From assembly GCA_964016885.1 (NCBI GenBank), contig OZ024763.1, positions 23,622,001-23,686,000 on the forward strand: DNA of 64,000 nt, written 5' to 3'. The translations under genes and the position numbers were made by a program. This document shows, piece by piece, positions 1 through 15,060 of the stretch (the stretch's first letter is position 1; the number at the start of each line of letters is the position of its first letter). The notes under the pieces were generated by a model. The model was not told the DNA's origin and made no database searches. It worked only from the letters and a program-made list of their open reading frames with translations. Origin of the DNA: Eledone cirrhosa (Eukaryota).

Positions 1-204
1 TGGTGATGGTGGTGGTTGTAGTGTTGTTGTTGTTATTTGAGGTGAATGTAGAGGATTATTCTGTCTTTGTAGCGTTCTCAGTTTGAGATTGCTTTTGATA
101 AAACCAAAAAATACAAACAACAACAACAACAGCAACAATAAAATCGTTTTGTAGCACTAAATTAAAACATGTCCGTTGTACAACTGCATTAGTCAAATGT
201 TTTA

Positions 205-1420
205 TCTCTCTCTCCACCTCTCTCTCTTTCTACCTCTCTCTACCTCTCTCTCTCTCTCTTTCTAACTCTCTCTCTCTCTACCTCGCTCTCTCTTCTACCC
301 TCTCTCTCTCACTACTTCCCCCACTGTCTCTTTCTCTCTACCTCTCTTACTACCTCTCTCTGTTTCTACCCCTCCCTCTCTCTCTTACTGCCTCTCTCAC
401 CCACCTCTCTCTCTTTCTACTTCCCCCACTGCCTCTTTCTCTCTACCCCTCTCACTGCCTCTCTCTCTCTTTTACTACCTCTCTTACTACACCTCTCTCT
501 CTCTCTCCTACACTTGCTCTCTCACATATCACACACACTTTCTCTTCTTCCTTCACTCTTCCTCGCCCCTCTCACTCTCCCCCTCTCTACTCCACTTGAT
601 CTCTCACCACGACTCTCTCTCTATATATACCTCTACGTCTCTCCTTCCACTCCTCTCTCTCTCTCTCACTGCGTCTTTTCTCTTACTCTCCCACATATCA
701 CTCTCTTTCTCTTCTCTTCCTCTCTCTTTCCTCTACTCTTCCTCTCTCTCTATCTCTCTATCTCTTTTCTCTACTCTTCCTCTTTCTCTCTCTCTTTCCT
801 CTACTCTTCCTCTCTCTATCTCTCTCCCACTCTCTCTCTTTTCTCTACTCTTCCTCTTTCTCTCTCTTTCCTCTACTCTTCCTCTCTCTCTATATCTCTC
901 TCTCACTCTCTCTCTTCTCTTCCTCTTTCTTTCCTCTACTCTTCCTCTCTCTATATCTCTCTCTCACTCTCTCTCTTCTCTTCCTCTCCTCTACTCTTCC
1001 TCTCTCTCTCTCTCTTTCCTCTACTCTTCCTTTCTCTATCTCTCTCTCCCTTTCCTCTACTCTTCCTCTCTCTATCTCTCTCTCTCTTTTCTCTACTCTT
1101 CCTCTTTCTCTCTTTCCTCTACTCTTCCTCTCTCTCTATATATCTCTCTCACTCTCTCTTTTCTTTACTCTTCCTCTTTCTCTCTCTCTTTCCTCTACAC
1201 TTCCTCTCTATCTCACTCTCTATCTCTTTTCTCTACTCTTCCTCTCTCTCTCTCTCTCTTTCCTCTACTCTTCCTCTCTCTCTCTATATCTGTCTCTCAC
1301 TCTCTCTCTGCGTCTCTTATCTTACGCTCCCACATATCGCTATCTCTCTCTCTCCCCTTCATTCTCTTTCTCTTTTTCTTTCTCACCCCCCTTTCCCCAC
1401 CCCTCCTCTCCATCTCCCCG
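205..1420. repeat. CT-rich cryptic microsatellite
   Basis: Polypyrimidine tract with ctctactcttcc subunits. Confidence 0.9.
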
Positions 1421-4400
1421 CCATCTTAAAACTAAATATGCCACCAATATTTCCTAACAAGCTCTACCATCTGCCATTCTAAATTTATCAAACTAGGTTA
1501 GTTTCCAGCATTAAGAATCTTTTAACTGTTGACTTTTTGGAAAAATAAAAATTTCTTTAAATATTTTTTAGTTATTTCGGAGAAGGGGTGTGGTGGGGAG
1601 TTGTTTACAGTGGTAGACCTAATACGGCACCCTGATTAACACTACCGTCGCTATCGCCACCACCACCACCACCACCACCACCAGCATTACTGTCACCGCC
1701 TCCAACCACTAACACCACCACTTCTGTCGCCACATCCAACAAGCACGGCCACCAACACCACCGTCACTACCACCACCAACAATCACGTACGCGAACTCAC
1801 ACACACTCGCACGCACGCACGCACTCGCACAAACAAACACACACATACGTATTGACACACACACATGCTCTCACACATGCACACACACACACACGCACAC
1901 ACATGCACACACGTGCGCACACGCGCACACACACACAGACATGCACACACACACATACAGGCACACAAACGGTTATGTTTACCCAATTGCTTCGATATAT
2001 TCTTAGTATGTAAAAGAAAGAAACCCCAGAATCAAACAAACAACCAAAACAATATGGCTGCGAAAAAATAAAATTTTTTTCAGACCTGCTGATAATTATC
2101 ACGGACAATTGTTTAATGTCCTTTTTAAACAAATAATAATTTAAAATAATAAATAAATAGTAATTATAGAAGGAAAACAAAAAAAATATATATACGAGAA
2201 AAAGAAAATAATAGTAGAAAAAATAAGGAGTTGAAAAATAACAAAAAAAAAATACAAAAAGCAAAATAGAACAGAATTGAAAAAAATGGTAAAGAAAAAA
2301 GGAAATGAATTGAAAAACAAAAGAAACAGTAACCCCCCCCCCCCCCCCCCAAAAAAAAAAAACTAGAAAAAAGAAAAATAGAAAAATTAGAAGAAAATCC
2401 TCCTCAGAAGAAATAAAGAAAAAACAGCAGAAAAACAGAAAGAAAAAAAAACTAGAAAAAACTAGAAAAAAGCTAGAAAAAACTAGGAAAAAAACTAGGA
2501 AAAAAACCAGGAAAAGAAAGAGAAAAAAAAGAAAAACTAGGAAAACAGAAAAATAGGCGAAAAACAAAAAAAACCCCCAAAAAATAGAAAAACAAAACCT
2601 TGTGAAAATAGAAAAAAACTAGAAAACAAAAACAGAAAAATAGAAAAAAAAACCCAGAATAACAGTAAAATAGAAAAAACAGAAAAAAAATCTAGAAAGG
2701 CTAGAAAAACAGAAAAGATCTTAGAAAGACATAAAAACAAAAGAAATGTGAATTCATATTGTATTAAAACAATACAGTGTTCGATTGGTATCCAAGCAAA
2801 ATGGCGGAACAGTGAGGAGCGTTTTATAGTTTACGGTCGTAGATGGCGATATTTAAATATTTTCTCAAAAATAAGAAGAAAAAGATGAAGAGGAAGAAGA
2901 AGGATATGAAGAAGAAAACGTGCTGTTGAAAAATAAGGGAAATTTAAAGAAGGAAAGAAAGAGAATAAAATCATTTCTTTTCTATGAAGGCCTCCATCCG
3001 TGAATTGAATTGAAATTTCGGCTGAAGACAAACCAGCAACGCTACCACCACTGCCCCCACCACTGCCGCCACCGCCGCCACTGCCACCACCACTGCGGCT
3101 GCTTTTCATCGTCTTCATCATCATCATCATCATCACCACCACCAATGGCAGTAGCAACAGTAGCAGCAGCAGAGGAAGGAGGAAAGGAAACAGAAGAAAA
3201 CAACTACCAAGAAGAAGAAGAAGAAGAAGAAGAACAACAACAACAGTAAAACTAGCAGCAACTGTAGAAAATAACATGGTGCATATTGGTTTAGCATATG
3301 TACAAAAGCTCCTCTCCACCTCCACCGCCACCACCAACACCAACAACAACAACAACACCCACAACAGCAACACTACTAGCACAGCACCACTAACACCACC
3401 ACCACCACCACCACCACCACCACAACCAGCTCCTACACCAACACCACCACCAACACCATCACCACCACAACAAATATCACCACAACCACCACCACCACCA
3501 CCACCACCATCACCACTACACCACCACCAACACCACCACCACCACAACCGCTACCAGCTCCTACACTAACACCACCACCACCACCACCACCACCACTACC
3601 AGCACAGCACCACCACCAACACCACCACCACCACAGCACCACCAACACCACCACCACCACCACCACAACCAGCTCCTACACCAACACCACCACCAACACC
3701 ATCACCACCACAACAAATATCACCACCACCACCACCACCACCACTACCAGCACAGCACCACCACCAACACCACCACCACCACCACCACTACCAGCACAGC
3801 ACCACCACCAACACCACCACCACCAGCTCCTACACCAACACCACCACCACCAACACCACCACCACAACCGCTACCAGCTCCTACACCAACACCACCAGCA
3901 ACACCACCACCACCACAACCAGCTCCTACACCAACACCACCACCAACACCACCACCACCACAACCGCTACCAGCTCCTACACCAACATCACCACCAACAC
4001 CATCACCACCACCACATCTCATGTTTTCTTCAAAGACATATTTTTTCATGAAAAGGAATAAAGTAAAACCTATTGAGGATACTCTTGTATGTCATTTCTC
4101 CCGTTACCGTTATTACTGGAGGCCGGTAGGATAGAAAGCATATCTTACACTACCACTACTACCACAATAACTACCACCACTACCACCACCATTACTACTA
4201 CCAACACCACAACCGCCACTAACACCACCACAATTAGCACCACAATCAACACCACCACCAACACCGCCACATCCAGCACCACAATCACTACGACCACCAC
4301 CACCACCACCACCATTACTACTACCAACACCACAACCGCCACTAACACCACCACAATTAGCACCACAATCAACACCACCACCAACACCGCCACATTCAGC

Positions 4401-4861
4401 ACCACAATCACCACCACCACCACCACACCATTACTACTACCAACACCACAACCGCCACTAACACCACCACAATTAGCACCACAATCAACACCACAATCAC
4501 CACCACCACCACACCATTACTACTACCAACACCACAACCGCCACTAACACCACCACCACCACAACAACAACCACTAACGTCACCACAATCACTACCATCA
4601 CTACTACTACCAACACCACCACAATCCCTACCACCTCTAACACGACAACAATCACGACCACAATCACCACCAGTACTAACAACACCATAAACACCACCAC
4701 CACCACTAACACCACCACAATCCCAACAACAACCACCACCACCACCACCACCACCACCACTACACACACACACACACACAAAGAAACAAACACACAAAAA
4801 AAGGGAGAGAGATTTTCCGAGGAAATTAAGAGCAGAAAAACCTGACGAATGAAGCCGTTTC

Positions 4862-5290
4862 AATAAAGTACCAGTCACGCACTGGGGTCGATTTAATCGA
4901 CTTTCCCCTACCACCAAAACTGTTGACCTTGTACCTAAATCAGAAACTATTATTGTTTCTACATTTAGCACAAAGCCAGCAATTAGCCAGTGCATTACTG
5001 GTACTTTATTTTATGGACCTCATAAGGATGTAAGGTAAAGTTAACATCGGTGGGATTTGAACTCAGAACATAAAGGGCCTTAACTCTATGCTGTAAAGCA
5101 TGGCGTCCGACCCGCTACCGATTCCAGCCAATCTACCACCCCAATTAATAATTGTTTCTATTTTAGACACAAGGCCAGCAATTTGAAGAGAAGGGGGTAA
5201 AAGTTGATTAAATCGACACCAGTGCATTACTGGTACTTTATTTTATCGACCCCGTAAGGATGAAAGGGTGAAAGGCAGGATTTGAACGTA
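4862..5290. mobile_element. Cluster of Octopus-type tRNA-derived SINE copies (one + fragment, two - copies)
   Basis: Shared core gagttcaaatccc...aactttgcctttcatcc...ggggtcgataaaataaagtaccagt...ggccttgtgcc...gaaacaattatt. Confidence 0.8.
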
Positions 5291-5984
5291 TAATGATAAT
5301 CGTTTCTTATACATATACAAGACCAGGGTTATTTCGGGAAGTGGGACTGTGACAGTCGATAATATTATATCAACCATGTTCACAGTATTTAACTGGTACT
5401 ATAGTGACCGACGTAGTTTTTGTCTATCGTCACATGTGATGCGATGCCTTACTTGCTATAGGAACCTGTGTGTTGTAATTTTAGCCCTGGCTTTACTTTC
5501 ACTTTCAGTTTAGATACTAAAACTACTGACAACAACAACAACAACAATACCAACACAAACACCAACCACAGTAACAACAACAACAGCAACAACAACACTT
5601 TTCTTGCGTTCGACAAATATCGCGTGCCGCTCTAATAGATTTGACCTGAAATATTCCATGTTTCAATGAAGTTCACCCCAGTATAATTTCAATCTATTCA
5701 GATATCTTCCCCCTCCTCTCTCTCTGTCTCTCTGTCTGTCTATCTGTCTGTCTGGCTGGCTGTCACCCCTCCTCTCTCTCTCTCTCTCTCCATTTTCTAT
5801 TTTATAGCAATTAAATAAGTCATTATTGAGTTCATATCAAAAAATAAAATAGAATAATAATAAATATATTTCATAATTAAGACGTCTTTTCAAACTACAA
5901 TTAGAAAAATATTGTTTACCTTCTTCGTTGTTATTTTTAATCTGTTTTTCCACTGATGTTGTTGACGTCGTTGCTGATATTGTT

Positions 5985-6835
5985 GTTGTCCGTCCAGCGA
6001 GGTGTGTTTCTAGCAATTCTCTGTAAGAATATGTCCAGAGATATTGATGTTGTTGGTGTTGTGGTGGTTGTTGTTGTGTCCAGAAATATCAGTTTCTAGC
6101 AATTCTCTGTAAGAATATGTCCAGAGATATTGATGTTGTTGGTGTTGTGGTGGTTGTTGTTGTTGTTGTGGTTGTTGTCGTGTCCAGAAATATCAGTTTC
6201 TAGCAATTCTCTGTAAGAATATCTTCAGAGATATTGATGTTGTTGTGGTTGTCGTATCCAGCTTCTTGTGACGCTAAACTCCGCCAGATATTTCTCTCCA
6301 CGAATTTCGATCACCAGCAGCAGAGTTCAAAGAGCAAAGATCAAGTACAGTCCATGAGTTGACATTATCAAGCCATCATTTTGGCTGCCGGCCTCTGCTT
6401 CTCTTACCAGCCAACCTTCCTTCCAGGAATATATAATACCTTTCCATCACCAGCAGCAGAGTTCAAAGAGCAAAGATCAAGTCCAGTTCATAATTTGACA
6501 TTATCAAGCCATAGTTTTTGCTGCCGACCTCTGCTTCTCTTACCAGCCAACCTCCCTTCCAGGCATAACCTACTCACACCACGAGTTGATCCTTTTATAT
6601 TACCGTATAGTTTGTGTACACTTGACTTGACAATTGATGTAATTGGTCTAAATTTGGTAATGTTGAGCAACTCACTGATACAGATGCGGTCGCTGAGCCG
6701 CTTGCCAGTCATAAGACTCATGATGTGGTTCAGCTATGCTTGTTTACAGCAATTCTCTGTAAGAACATGTCCAGAGATGTTGATGTTTTGGTTGTCGAGT
6801 CCAGCTATGTTTGTTTACAGCGATTCTCTGTAAGA
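5985..6835 (+). repeat. Degenerate tandem repeat (agcaattctctgtaagaatatgtccagagatattgatgtt) interrupted by the RTE fragment
   Basis: The motif recurs at about 6012, 6098, 6202, 6748 and 6818. Confidence 0.75.
6262..6735 (-). mobile_element. RTE-clade LINE 3' fragment (ORF2 C-terminus) with partial tandem duplication
   Basis: Translation [41 protein letters not shown] matches the RTE G(K/R)RxRGR..W.D motif. 6310-6430 duplicates 6446-6563. Confidence 0.75.
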
Positions 6836-7023
6836 AAGTAAAATATATAAATATATAAATATGGCGGCCATTTTAATTTGTTCAAAAGATGCCTTCTATA
6901 GATGTACAGACAAGAAAGAGTTATTTATTAAGGATGGTGATAGTTTAATAAATGTTTTTCAATATGATATCTTCATGGCAAATCATGTGGACATTGTCTC
7001 GCCAGAGATACAGACACACTTAT

Positions 7024-7125
<102 letters not shown>

Positions 7126-7389
7126 TGATATGTACTTACGTACGTACTTGCATGCATATATAAGTGTATAAATACATTCATAACTCTGTACATATATTCA
7201 CATACATACACACACACACACATACATATATATATATACACACACACACACATACACACACATATATATGAATCAAAGGAGGAAAGGTCGAATACATACA
7301 TACTCTTTTACCTGTTCCAGCCATCTGGTTGAGGTCATGCTGGGGCACCACCTTTGCGATCATACATATATACGAGTATATATATAAAT

Positions 7390-7423
<34 letters not shown>

Positions 7424-7425
<2 letters not shown>

Positions 7426-7768
7426 TATTTCTGAAGACGGCATATATGTGTGTTTGGTATGTATATTTAATCTTGATAGTTTGTATAATTTTGTATAATT
7501 TTGTACATAGATCTGTTGAATATGCATGCCAATTCTAACACATATATATCCTAGAAACGATCGTTAAATAATGAACTTTTTTTGTTTAATATAAGGAACT
7601 GTTTCATTGTTTTATTCATTATTTGTTTAATATTTTATCTTGACTCTGTATTCCGTTTATCTTTCACCGAAAGTATTTTTCATTGCATCTCTTCTTTCCA
7701 TGATATCCGGAATACATTGAGTTCTTCATACGGATTGGACACTACCGTAAACTCTTGGTAGATTTATC

Positions 7769-7771
<3 letters not shown>
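7424..7771 (+). mobile_element. HHR-bearing non-autonomous element (family Q) ending in (TA)n; HHR at 7424-7572 with very long helix II
   Basis: attattt-CTGAAGA-[~115-nt hairpin ggcatatatgtg...tggtatgtatatt / aatatgcatgcca...cacatatatatcc]-GAAAC-gatc-GTT-aaataat. Near-identical copies at 37042-37393 and 62805-63136. Confidence 0.8.
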
Positions 7772-7840
<69 letters not shown>

Positions 7841-8196
7841 TAAAATACGTAGTTTAGAAAGCCACAACAATGCAGAGGGAAATCTCGAGGTAGGAAGTGA
7901 ATGATAGATTATATAACGACATCACAACTTTCTCCGCTTAGCCTGTTCCCCCCCCCCTTTTGGAACTTTCCCCCGTTGATGGGCGTGAGCCCGAAATATT
8001 GGGATTAAATCTCCACTACGGTAACCCTTCTACCTTTGTTTTGTTTTCATCTTTGTCTCTCTCAATTTTCACTTTATCCTATTTCTCCTATCTATCATTC
8101 ACTTCCTACCTCGATATTTCCCTCTGCATTGTTGTGGCTTTCTAAACTACGTATTTTACACATTTCACAATGCTTCAAGCAAACTTTAACACCCTC

Positions 8197-8200
<4 letters not shown>
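7841..8200 (+). mobile_element. PLE-like 3'-end remnant with inverted arms (7841-7909 / 8090-8158) and a degenerate minimal HHR (7969-8004)
   Basis: 69-bp inverted repeat with one mismatch. Internal tccc-CCGTTGA-t-gggc(gtga)gccc-GAAAT-ATT-ggga. (TA)n on both sides. Confidence 0.65.
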
Positions 8201-8227
<27 letters not shown>

Positions 8228-8257
8228 AGATCAAAAGATGGTTAAAAGAGTTCCAAG

Positions 8258-8328
8258 TATTTTATTATGCACATTTCAAAAACAAATATCATCATGGGAT
8301 GATATCTGCGTTTTCATCAGATAAAATA
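8258..8328 (-). ncRNA. Type I hammerhead ribozyme
   Basis: Minus strand: tattttat-CTGATGA-aaacgcagatatcatc(ccat)gatgatatttgttttt-GAAAT-gtgc-ATA-ataaaata. Perfect 8-bp stem I and long stem II. Confidence 0.8.
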
Positions 8329-8388
8329 GGGATACATGATATGAAGCTTAAAAAACACTTGTGAATAGTGAAGTTTTAAATCAACACA

Positions 8389-8470
<82 letters not shown>

Positions 8471-8897
8471 TACTGCGTGTGCGTATTAAATATACAAATA
8501 CACAAAATTATATACACATATAAGATAAAACCGCTGCAACATATATACGCATATTTTTCAAAAATAATTCAATGCATATGTGTATATTTAACTCAGAGGT
8601 TTTGAAATAATGTACCATTAATGCACTGGGATCGAATTAATCGATTTTTGCCTTCCCTCAAATTGTTGCCCTTGTGCCTAAATCAGAAACCATTATCAGG
8701 TTTATATTTGGCAGATATTTCCATGGTATTATACCACAAGAGCCCCTTGTATTACAACATATGTATTTAGTTAAATATAAGAATAATTCCTATATTTATA
8801 CCAGAGATGTCTTGTCTTTCCTCCAGATGTCGTTGTATATTGTTTTAGCAATAACATCATGCGGCATTATACCTTCAAGTACGTATATATCTGTTTC

Positions 8898-8941
<44 letters not shown>

Positions 8942-9610
8942 TGTGTGTGAGTGCTTACATATATATAAAAATATATATATATATACATATATGTATATAT
9001 ATACATATATACATATACATGTATATATATACACACCCACATACATATATATATACATATATATTAATATATATATATACACATAAATGCTTATGTATGT
9101 ACATACATACATGCATACACATATATATATTAATATAGATATATATACACATATATATGCGTATATATGTATATACATACATACATAGATACATACATAC
9201 ATATATATATATTAATATATATACACATATACATGCGTATATATGTATATACATACAATACATAAATACATACATATATATATATATTAATATATATATA
9301 TATATACACATATATATGCGTATATATGTATATATATATATATATATATATAAATATATATATATATTTATAGTGCGTGTGCGTATTGAATATACAAACA
9401 CACACATAATTATATACACATATATCACAATACTGCAACATCATATATACAGACATTTTTCAAAAATAATTCAACGCATATGTGTATATTTAACTCACAC
9501 TATGTCAATAATTGGAACGAATGCTTAAAATCAGTAACATGGCGCCATATTTTAAAAGATGGCTCCCATGTTTGATAAAAACAAACATTGGAAATATTTA
9601 TACACACATA

Positions 9611-9659
<49 letters not shown>

Positions 9660-9861
9660 TTACATAGAAACATTGCTCTCTCTCTCTCCATATTCCTTTT
9701 GTGGAAATCTTCATAATCGCACGATTCTGTTGTCAATACAACTACCCATCTGACATATACAAATATACATACATGCGTATATACATATGTATATATACAT
9801 ACCTAAATACAAATACGTATGTTCATATATACATATTTATTCGCATATATACGTACAAACC

Positions 9862-9905
<44 letters not shown>

Positions 9906-9913
9906 CTCATGCG

Positions 9914-9965
<52 letters not shown>

Positions 9966-10107
9966 TTCATATACACATATGTATACATCATTTCCTGGTC
10001 AGCGAACTTAGAATCGATACAAACTCTCATTTAAAACCCTCTTTGTTATTTTCTAACGATTTATATACACACATACACACACATACACACGCACACACAT
10101 ACACCCG

Positions 10108-10147
<40 letters not shown>

Positions 10148-10443
10148 CACACACACACGCACACACACACACACGTATATATATATATATCTTTTTTTAG
10201 TATTTATTTTCCGAAAGAGAGAAAAAATATTTTGAAATATTAAATTTTAATTAATTATACACAATGTTTTTCTTCTGCTTATTTTCATTAACCTTGGAAC
10301 TACAAAAAGGGCAAAGTTTGACACTGCTAGGATTTGAACTCAGAACTCAGTGTCTTGACCTTTTGTCATACAAAACCTTCTGAGACCCTCCCTGCTTCTG
10401 TCATACAAACCCGTTATGTGAGAGGTTTTTATTTATTTATTAA

Positions 10444-10651
10444 CCCCTTAGCATTTACATAACTCCATATTTACTATTGTATTTTTTTGGTAAAGGCTTT
10501 ATCTCACATAATATCGAATCTACGAGATTTTGATATTATTTATTTTGATAACAATACCTTAACATCAGTATGAGTGACTGGTTACAGCTGGTTTGAACAG
10601 AAAGATGTGTGAGAATTCTGGCTGGATATGGCGGGTTTAAATGCTAACGGG
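10444..10651. mobile_element. piggyBac-like MITE
   Basis: TTAA at 10440-10443 and 10652-10655. Terminal inverted repeats (TIRs) cccc ttagcattta / taaatgctaacggg. Confidence 0.7.
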
Positions 10652-10654
10652 TTA

Positions 10655-10940
10655 AGGCGGCGATATGGTGTGAGAACGACGTTAGAACGTCGGATAGAAT
10701 GCTTTGCTGTATTTCTTTCGGCTCTCTGCTCTCTCAGTTCAAATCCCACTGGGGATTGATTCAATATTGCCTTTCCTCCATTCGAGATCGATAAAAAACG
10801 TTCCAATCAAGTCTGAGGTTGATTCTTCCTCTATATCTCTTTCTCATTTCCTCTCTCACTCTCTGTGTAATAATTGTTTCTACTTTTTGGCACAAGGCCA
10901 GCAATTACTCAGTGTATTACTGGTACTTTATTTTATCGAC
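10655..10940. mobile_element. Diverged + strand SINE and a - strand SINE 3' fragment
   Basis: ggcggcgatatgg...cagttcaaatcccac...tgcctttcctcc, followed by the reverse-complement tail at 10870-10940. Confidence 0.6.
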
Positions 10941-10944
10941 CATT

Positions 10945-11250
10945 GAGTCTAGCGACTGAAAGTACAAGACTGTCCCCTAGACAGGACAACAGTCCATCAG
11001 AGGGTTAAAGTCTGTCTCAAGCCCGGAGGCTCATCAATACAAAGCTTATCCAGGTTTGCTTGGTGTTAAGCGATTGAGGACACAAGACTTCCCCCCTGGA
11101 CAAGAAGTTAGTCCATCAGAGGGTTACAGTCTTTCTCAAGCCCGGAGGCTCACCAAGCCGGTGCTTATCTAAGTCCCCGTGGTGTGAAACGACTGAGAGT
11201 AAAATACTCTCCGTTGGACAGGACGCCAGTCCATCGCAGGGTTAAAGTCT
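10945..11250 (-). mobile_element. Tandem partial copies (~120-bp period) of the 44423 SINE 3' half
   Basis: gcgactgagagta...ggacaggacgccagtccatcgcagggttaaagtc is repeated three times with divergence. Confidence 0.65.
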
Positions 11251-11251
11251 T

Positions 11252-11428
11252 AATAATTATTTCTACTTTTGGCACAAGGCCAGCAATTATCCCAGTGTAT
11301 TACTGGTACTTTATTTTATCGACCCCGTAAGGATGAAAGGCAAAGTTAACCTCGGCGGGATTTGAACTCAGACAATAAAGGGCCGTAACTATATGCTGCT
11401 AAGCATGGCGCCCGATCCTCTACCGATA
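11252..11428 (-). mobile_element. Octopus-type SINE (short form)
   Basis: Reverse complement of the full copy at 62621-62810. Confidence 0.85.
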
Positions 11429-11507
11429 ATGACAATTCAAGTCTTAGTAATAAATTTATATTACTAATCTCTTTTTTCTCTGTATTATAGCAATTAAATA
11501 AGAGAGG

Positions 11508-11555
<48 letters not shown>

Positions 11556-12795
11556 CGGAGAAATATAGATAAATTGATAGATAGATAGAGGTGGAGAGAG
11601 GAAGAGAGAGAAAAGATAACTAAAAACCTGCAGTCTTCTCACAACTACCGCAAGGTGTCGTGGTAGTATGTCCGAGGTGAACTGTGTGATATCCACGATT
11701 ATCTCATGATAAGGCGTGACTGAGATATACATCACCAATAGTCGCTCATTATCAGTTCTAAATCTGATCAACTCCTAGTACAAGTTGTTGTTAGTGGTGG
11801 TGGTGGTGGTGGTGGTGGTGGTGTTGTTGTTGTTGTTGTTGGTGGTGGTGGTGTTGATGGTGTTGGTGCTGGTGGTGGTGTTGTTGGTGGGGGTGTTGTT
11901 GTTGTTGGTGGTGGTGTTGGTGGGGGTGGGAGTGGTAATGGTGGTTTTGGTTTTGGTAGTGGTGGTGTTGTTCGTCGTGGTACTGTTGGTGTTTGCGTTG
12001 TGGTGTTGGTAGTGGTGGTGCTGGTGGTGGTGGTGGTGTTGTTTTAGGCATTGATGTTGGTGGTGGTGGTGGTGTTGTTTTGGGCATTGATGTTGGTGGT
12101 GGTGGTGGTGGTGTTTTGGGGGGCATTGGTGTTGGTGGTGCTGGTGGTAGTGGTGGTGTTGTTTTGGGCATTGATGTTGGTGGTGCTGGTGGTGGTGGTG
12201 GTGTTGTTTTGGGATTTGATGTTGGTGGTGCTGGTGGTGGTGGTGGTGGTGTTGTTTTGAGCATTGGTGCTGGTGGTGGTGGTGGTGGTGTGTTGGTGAT
12301 TTGAAAAAAAATTGAACAAAAAACATAATAAACAACCTTCGGCCTCCAGGACGCAAGATAGATTTTTGAGACATATTTTAGAAAAAAAGTAGCGTCTTCG
12401 ACGCCAGGGAATATGTTATTTAGAACATAAAATTCTTCTACAGACATTATGATCAGAGGCTTATTATAAAGATAAATATAAACACTTTAAAATAAGAACC
12501 GAGGGCGGTTTCATGCAGTTTCGTATCAAAAGGGTTAAAAGCGAAAATTCAGATAACAACAAAAAAAGTGCAACAACTAATGTAACACTATATATAAGAA
12601 AACCACAATAACAATAATAACAACTACAAAAGCCCCCCCCCCCCCCCCCAACAAAAAAAAACAACAACAACAATGTTAAATATGTCAGGTTTATTCTTTG
12701 AATTATTATTATTATTATTATTATTAATCGTCATCTCACAAATCCTATTTTATTCTCTTTTGCATGAGTTTCCCTCCATGTTATATATATATATT

Positions 12796-12837
<42 letters not shown>

Positions 12838-12895
12838 GTGTGTGTGTGTTAATATATATTTGTATATATATGCATATATATATGCATATATATAC

Positions 12896-12926
<31 letters not shown>

Positions 12927-13184
12927 CACATATATATATATGTATATATATATATGCATATTTATATATACATATATATATATACATATATATATGCATA
13001 TATATATATATATACATATATATATGCATATATATATATGTATATATATATATATGCATATATATACATATATATATATATATGTATATATGTATATATG
13101 TATATATATGCATATATATATATATGCATATATATATACATATAGATATACATATATATACATATATATATATATACATATACA

Positions 13185-13297
<113 letters not shown>

Positions 13298-14716
13298 ATA
13301 TATATACACACACACACATATATATATATATGTGTGTATATATATATATACATACATGTATATACATTCATACACACCCACATATATATTCCTCTCCTCT
13401 TCCTCTCTATAACTATAAGAATGCAAGATTGATGAAAGCGATGGCGGCGCTGGTGAGAAAGATAATGACGATGATGATGCCGATGACGATGATACCGATG
13501 ACGATGACGATGACGACGATGATATTGACGATAACAATAGATGCGTGAATGAGAAAATTATTAATCCGCAAAACATATTGAATTCTTTTGTCATTTTGAA
13601 TAAAATATAAATTAGAAAATAAATACAAATAAAATAAAAACTAAAAAACAGCGAAAAATGAAAGGGAAAAAAAATTATACTCTCCATTTTGTTGAGCCGA
13701 ATTTCTCATAATTTCCGCCTAACCAGGCATTAAGTGACTACTACTACTAAGACTACTACTACTACTACTACTACTGCTACTACAACTACTACTATTATTG
13801 CTACTACTACTGCTGGTACTACTGCTGGTACTAGTACAACTACTACTGCTGCTGCTACTACTACTGCTACTGCTACTACTGTTACTACTACTACCACTGC
13901 TACTACTAGTATTAGTACTTCTACTACTAGTACTATTACTACTGCTGCTGTTACTACTATTACTGTTACTACTACTAGGACTACTAGTACTACTACTACT
14001 ACTACTACTGCTGCTGTTGCTGTTAGTAGTAGTAGTACTACTACTACTACTACTACTACTTCTACTACTACTGCTACTGCTACTACTACTACTGTTGCTG
14101 CTACTACTGGTGCTGCTGCTACTACTACTACAGTTGCTGCAACTACTACTACTACTACTATTACCACTACTACCGCTACTAACAACACAACACCACCACT
14201 ACTTCAACTAATACTACCACCACCTCTACTACTACTAATATTAATATTACTTCTACAATTACTACCACTCCACCACCCCTACTACCACTACCACTCACCC
14301 ATCACCACCACCCTTACCACCCCACCACTCCTACCACTATTACTAGCCCGGGCTTGAGCTCCAGATTGATGAAAACTGGAGGAAAATAATCGGACCTCCG
14401 TCGCTTGCGACGATGAATGCTGTAGTTGTTTGACTAACAGGACGGGATATGAAGTGCCAATAACCACTATCAACACTTTAACGGTCATCAGCTAATGACA
14501 CTAACCACTAAGCCACCATATCAAAGCTTTCCAGCAGCCATCTTGAAAACATGGCAAATATAGAGTAATCAACAGAAATATGAAATATTTGCATTTTAGG
14601 GTCGAACATGTGCAGTCAAGACGGAAATTATATAAGATAGTATCTGATTTTTGTTGAATAATAGAATATAATCCGGTGTACCAACAAAACTTATATCTAC
14701 ACACACATACACACAT

Positions 14717-14780
<64 letters not shown>

Positions 14781-14908
14781 TTATATATACTTATGATATA
14801 TTTTCTTTATAGTTTTACTATTTTCCTAAATTAAAAATAGATTAAATTAGAGACGATTATCACAAACACACACGTATACAAAGAAACAAACACACACACA
14901 CACAAACA

Positions 14909-15000
<92 letters not shown>

Positions 15001-15029
15001 CACCCACATATACACCCAGATATATATAT

Positions 15030-15060
<31 letters not shown>

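Noticed and set aside
11791-12447. Proline-rich, extensin- or formin-like ORF (TPPPPPAPPTSMPK repeats)
   Set aside because: It derives from an ACC-triplet minisatellite that is open in several frames. The unique N-terminal part has no supportable homology or exon structure.
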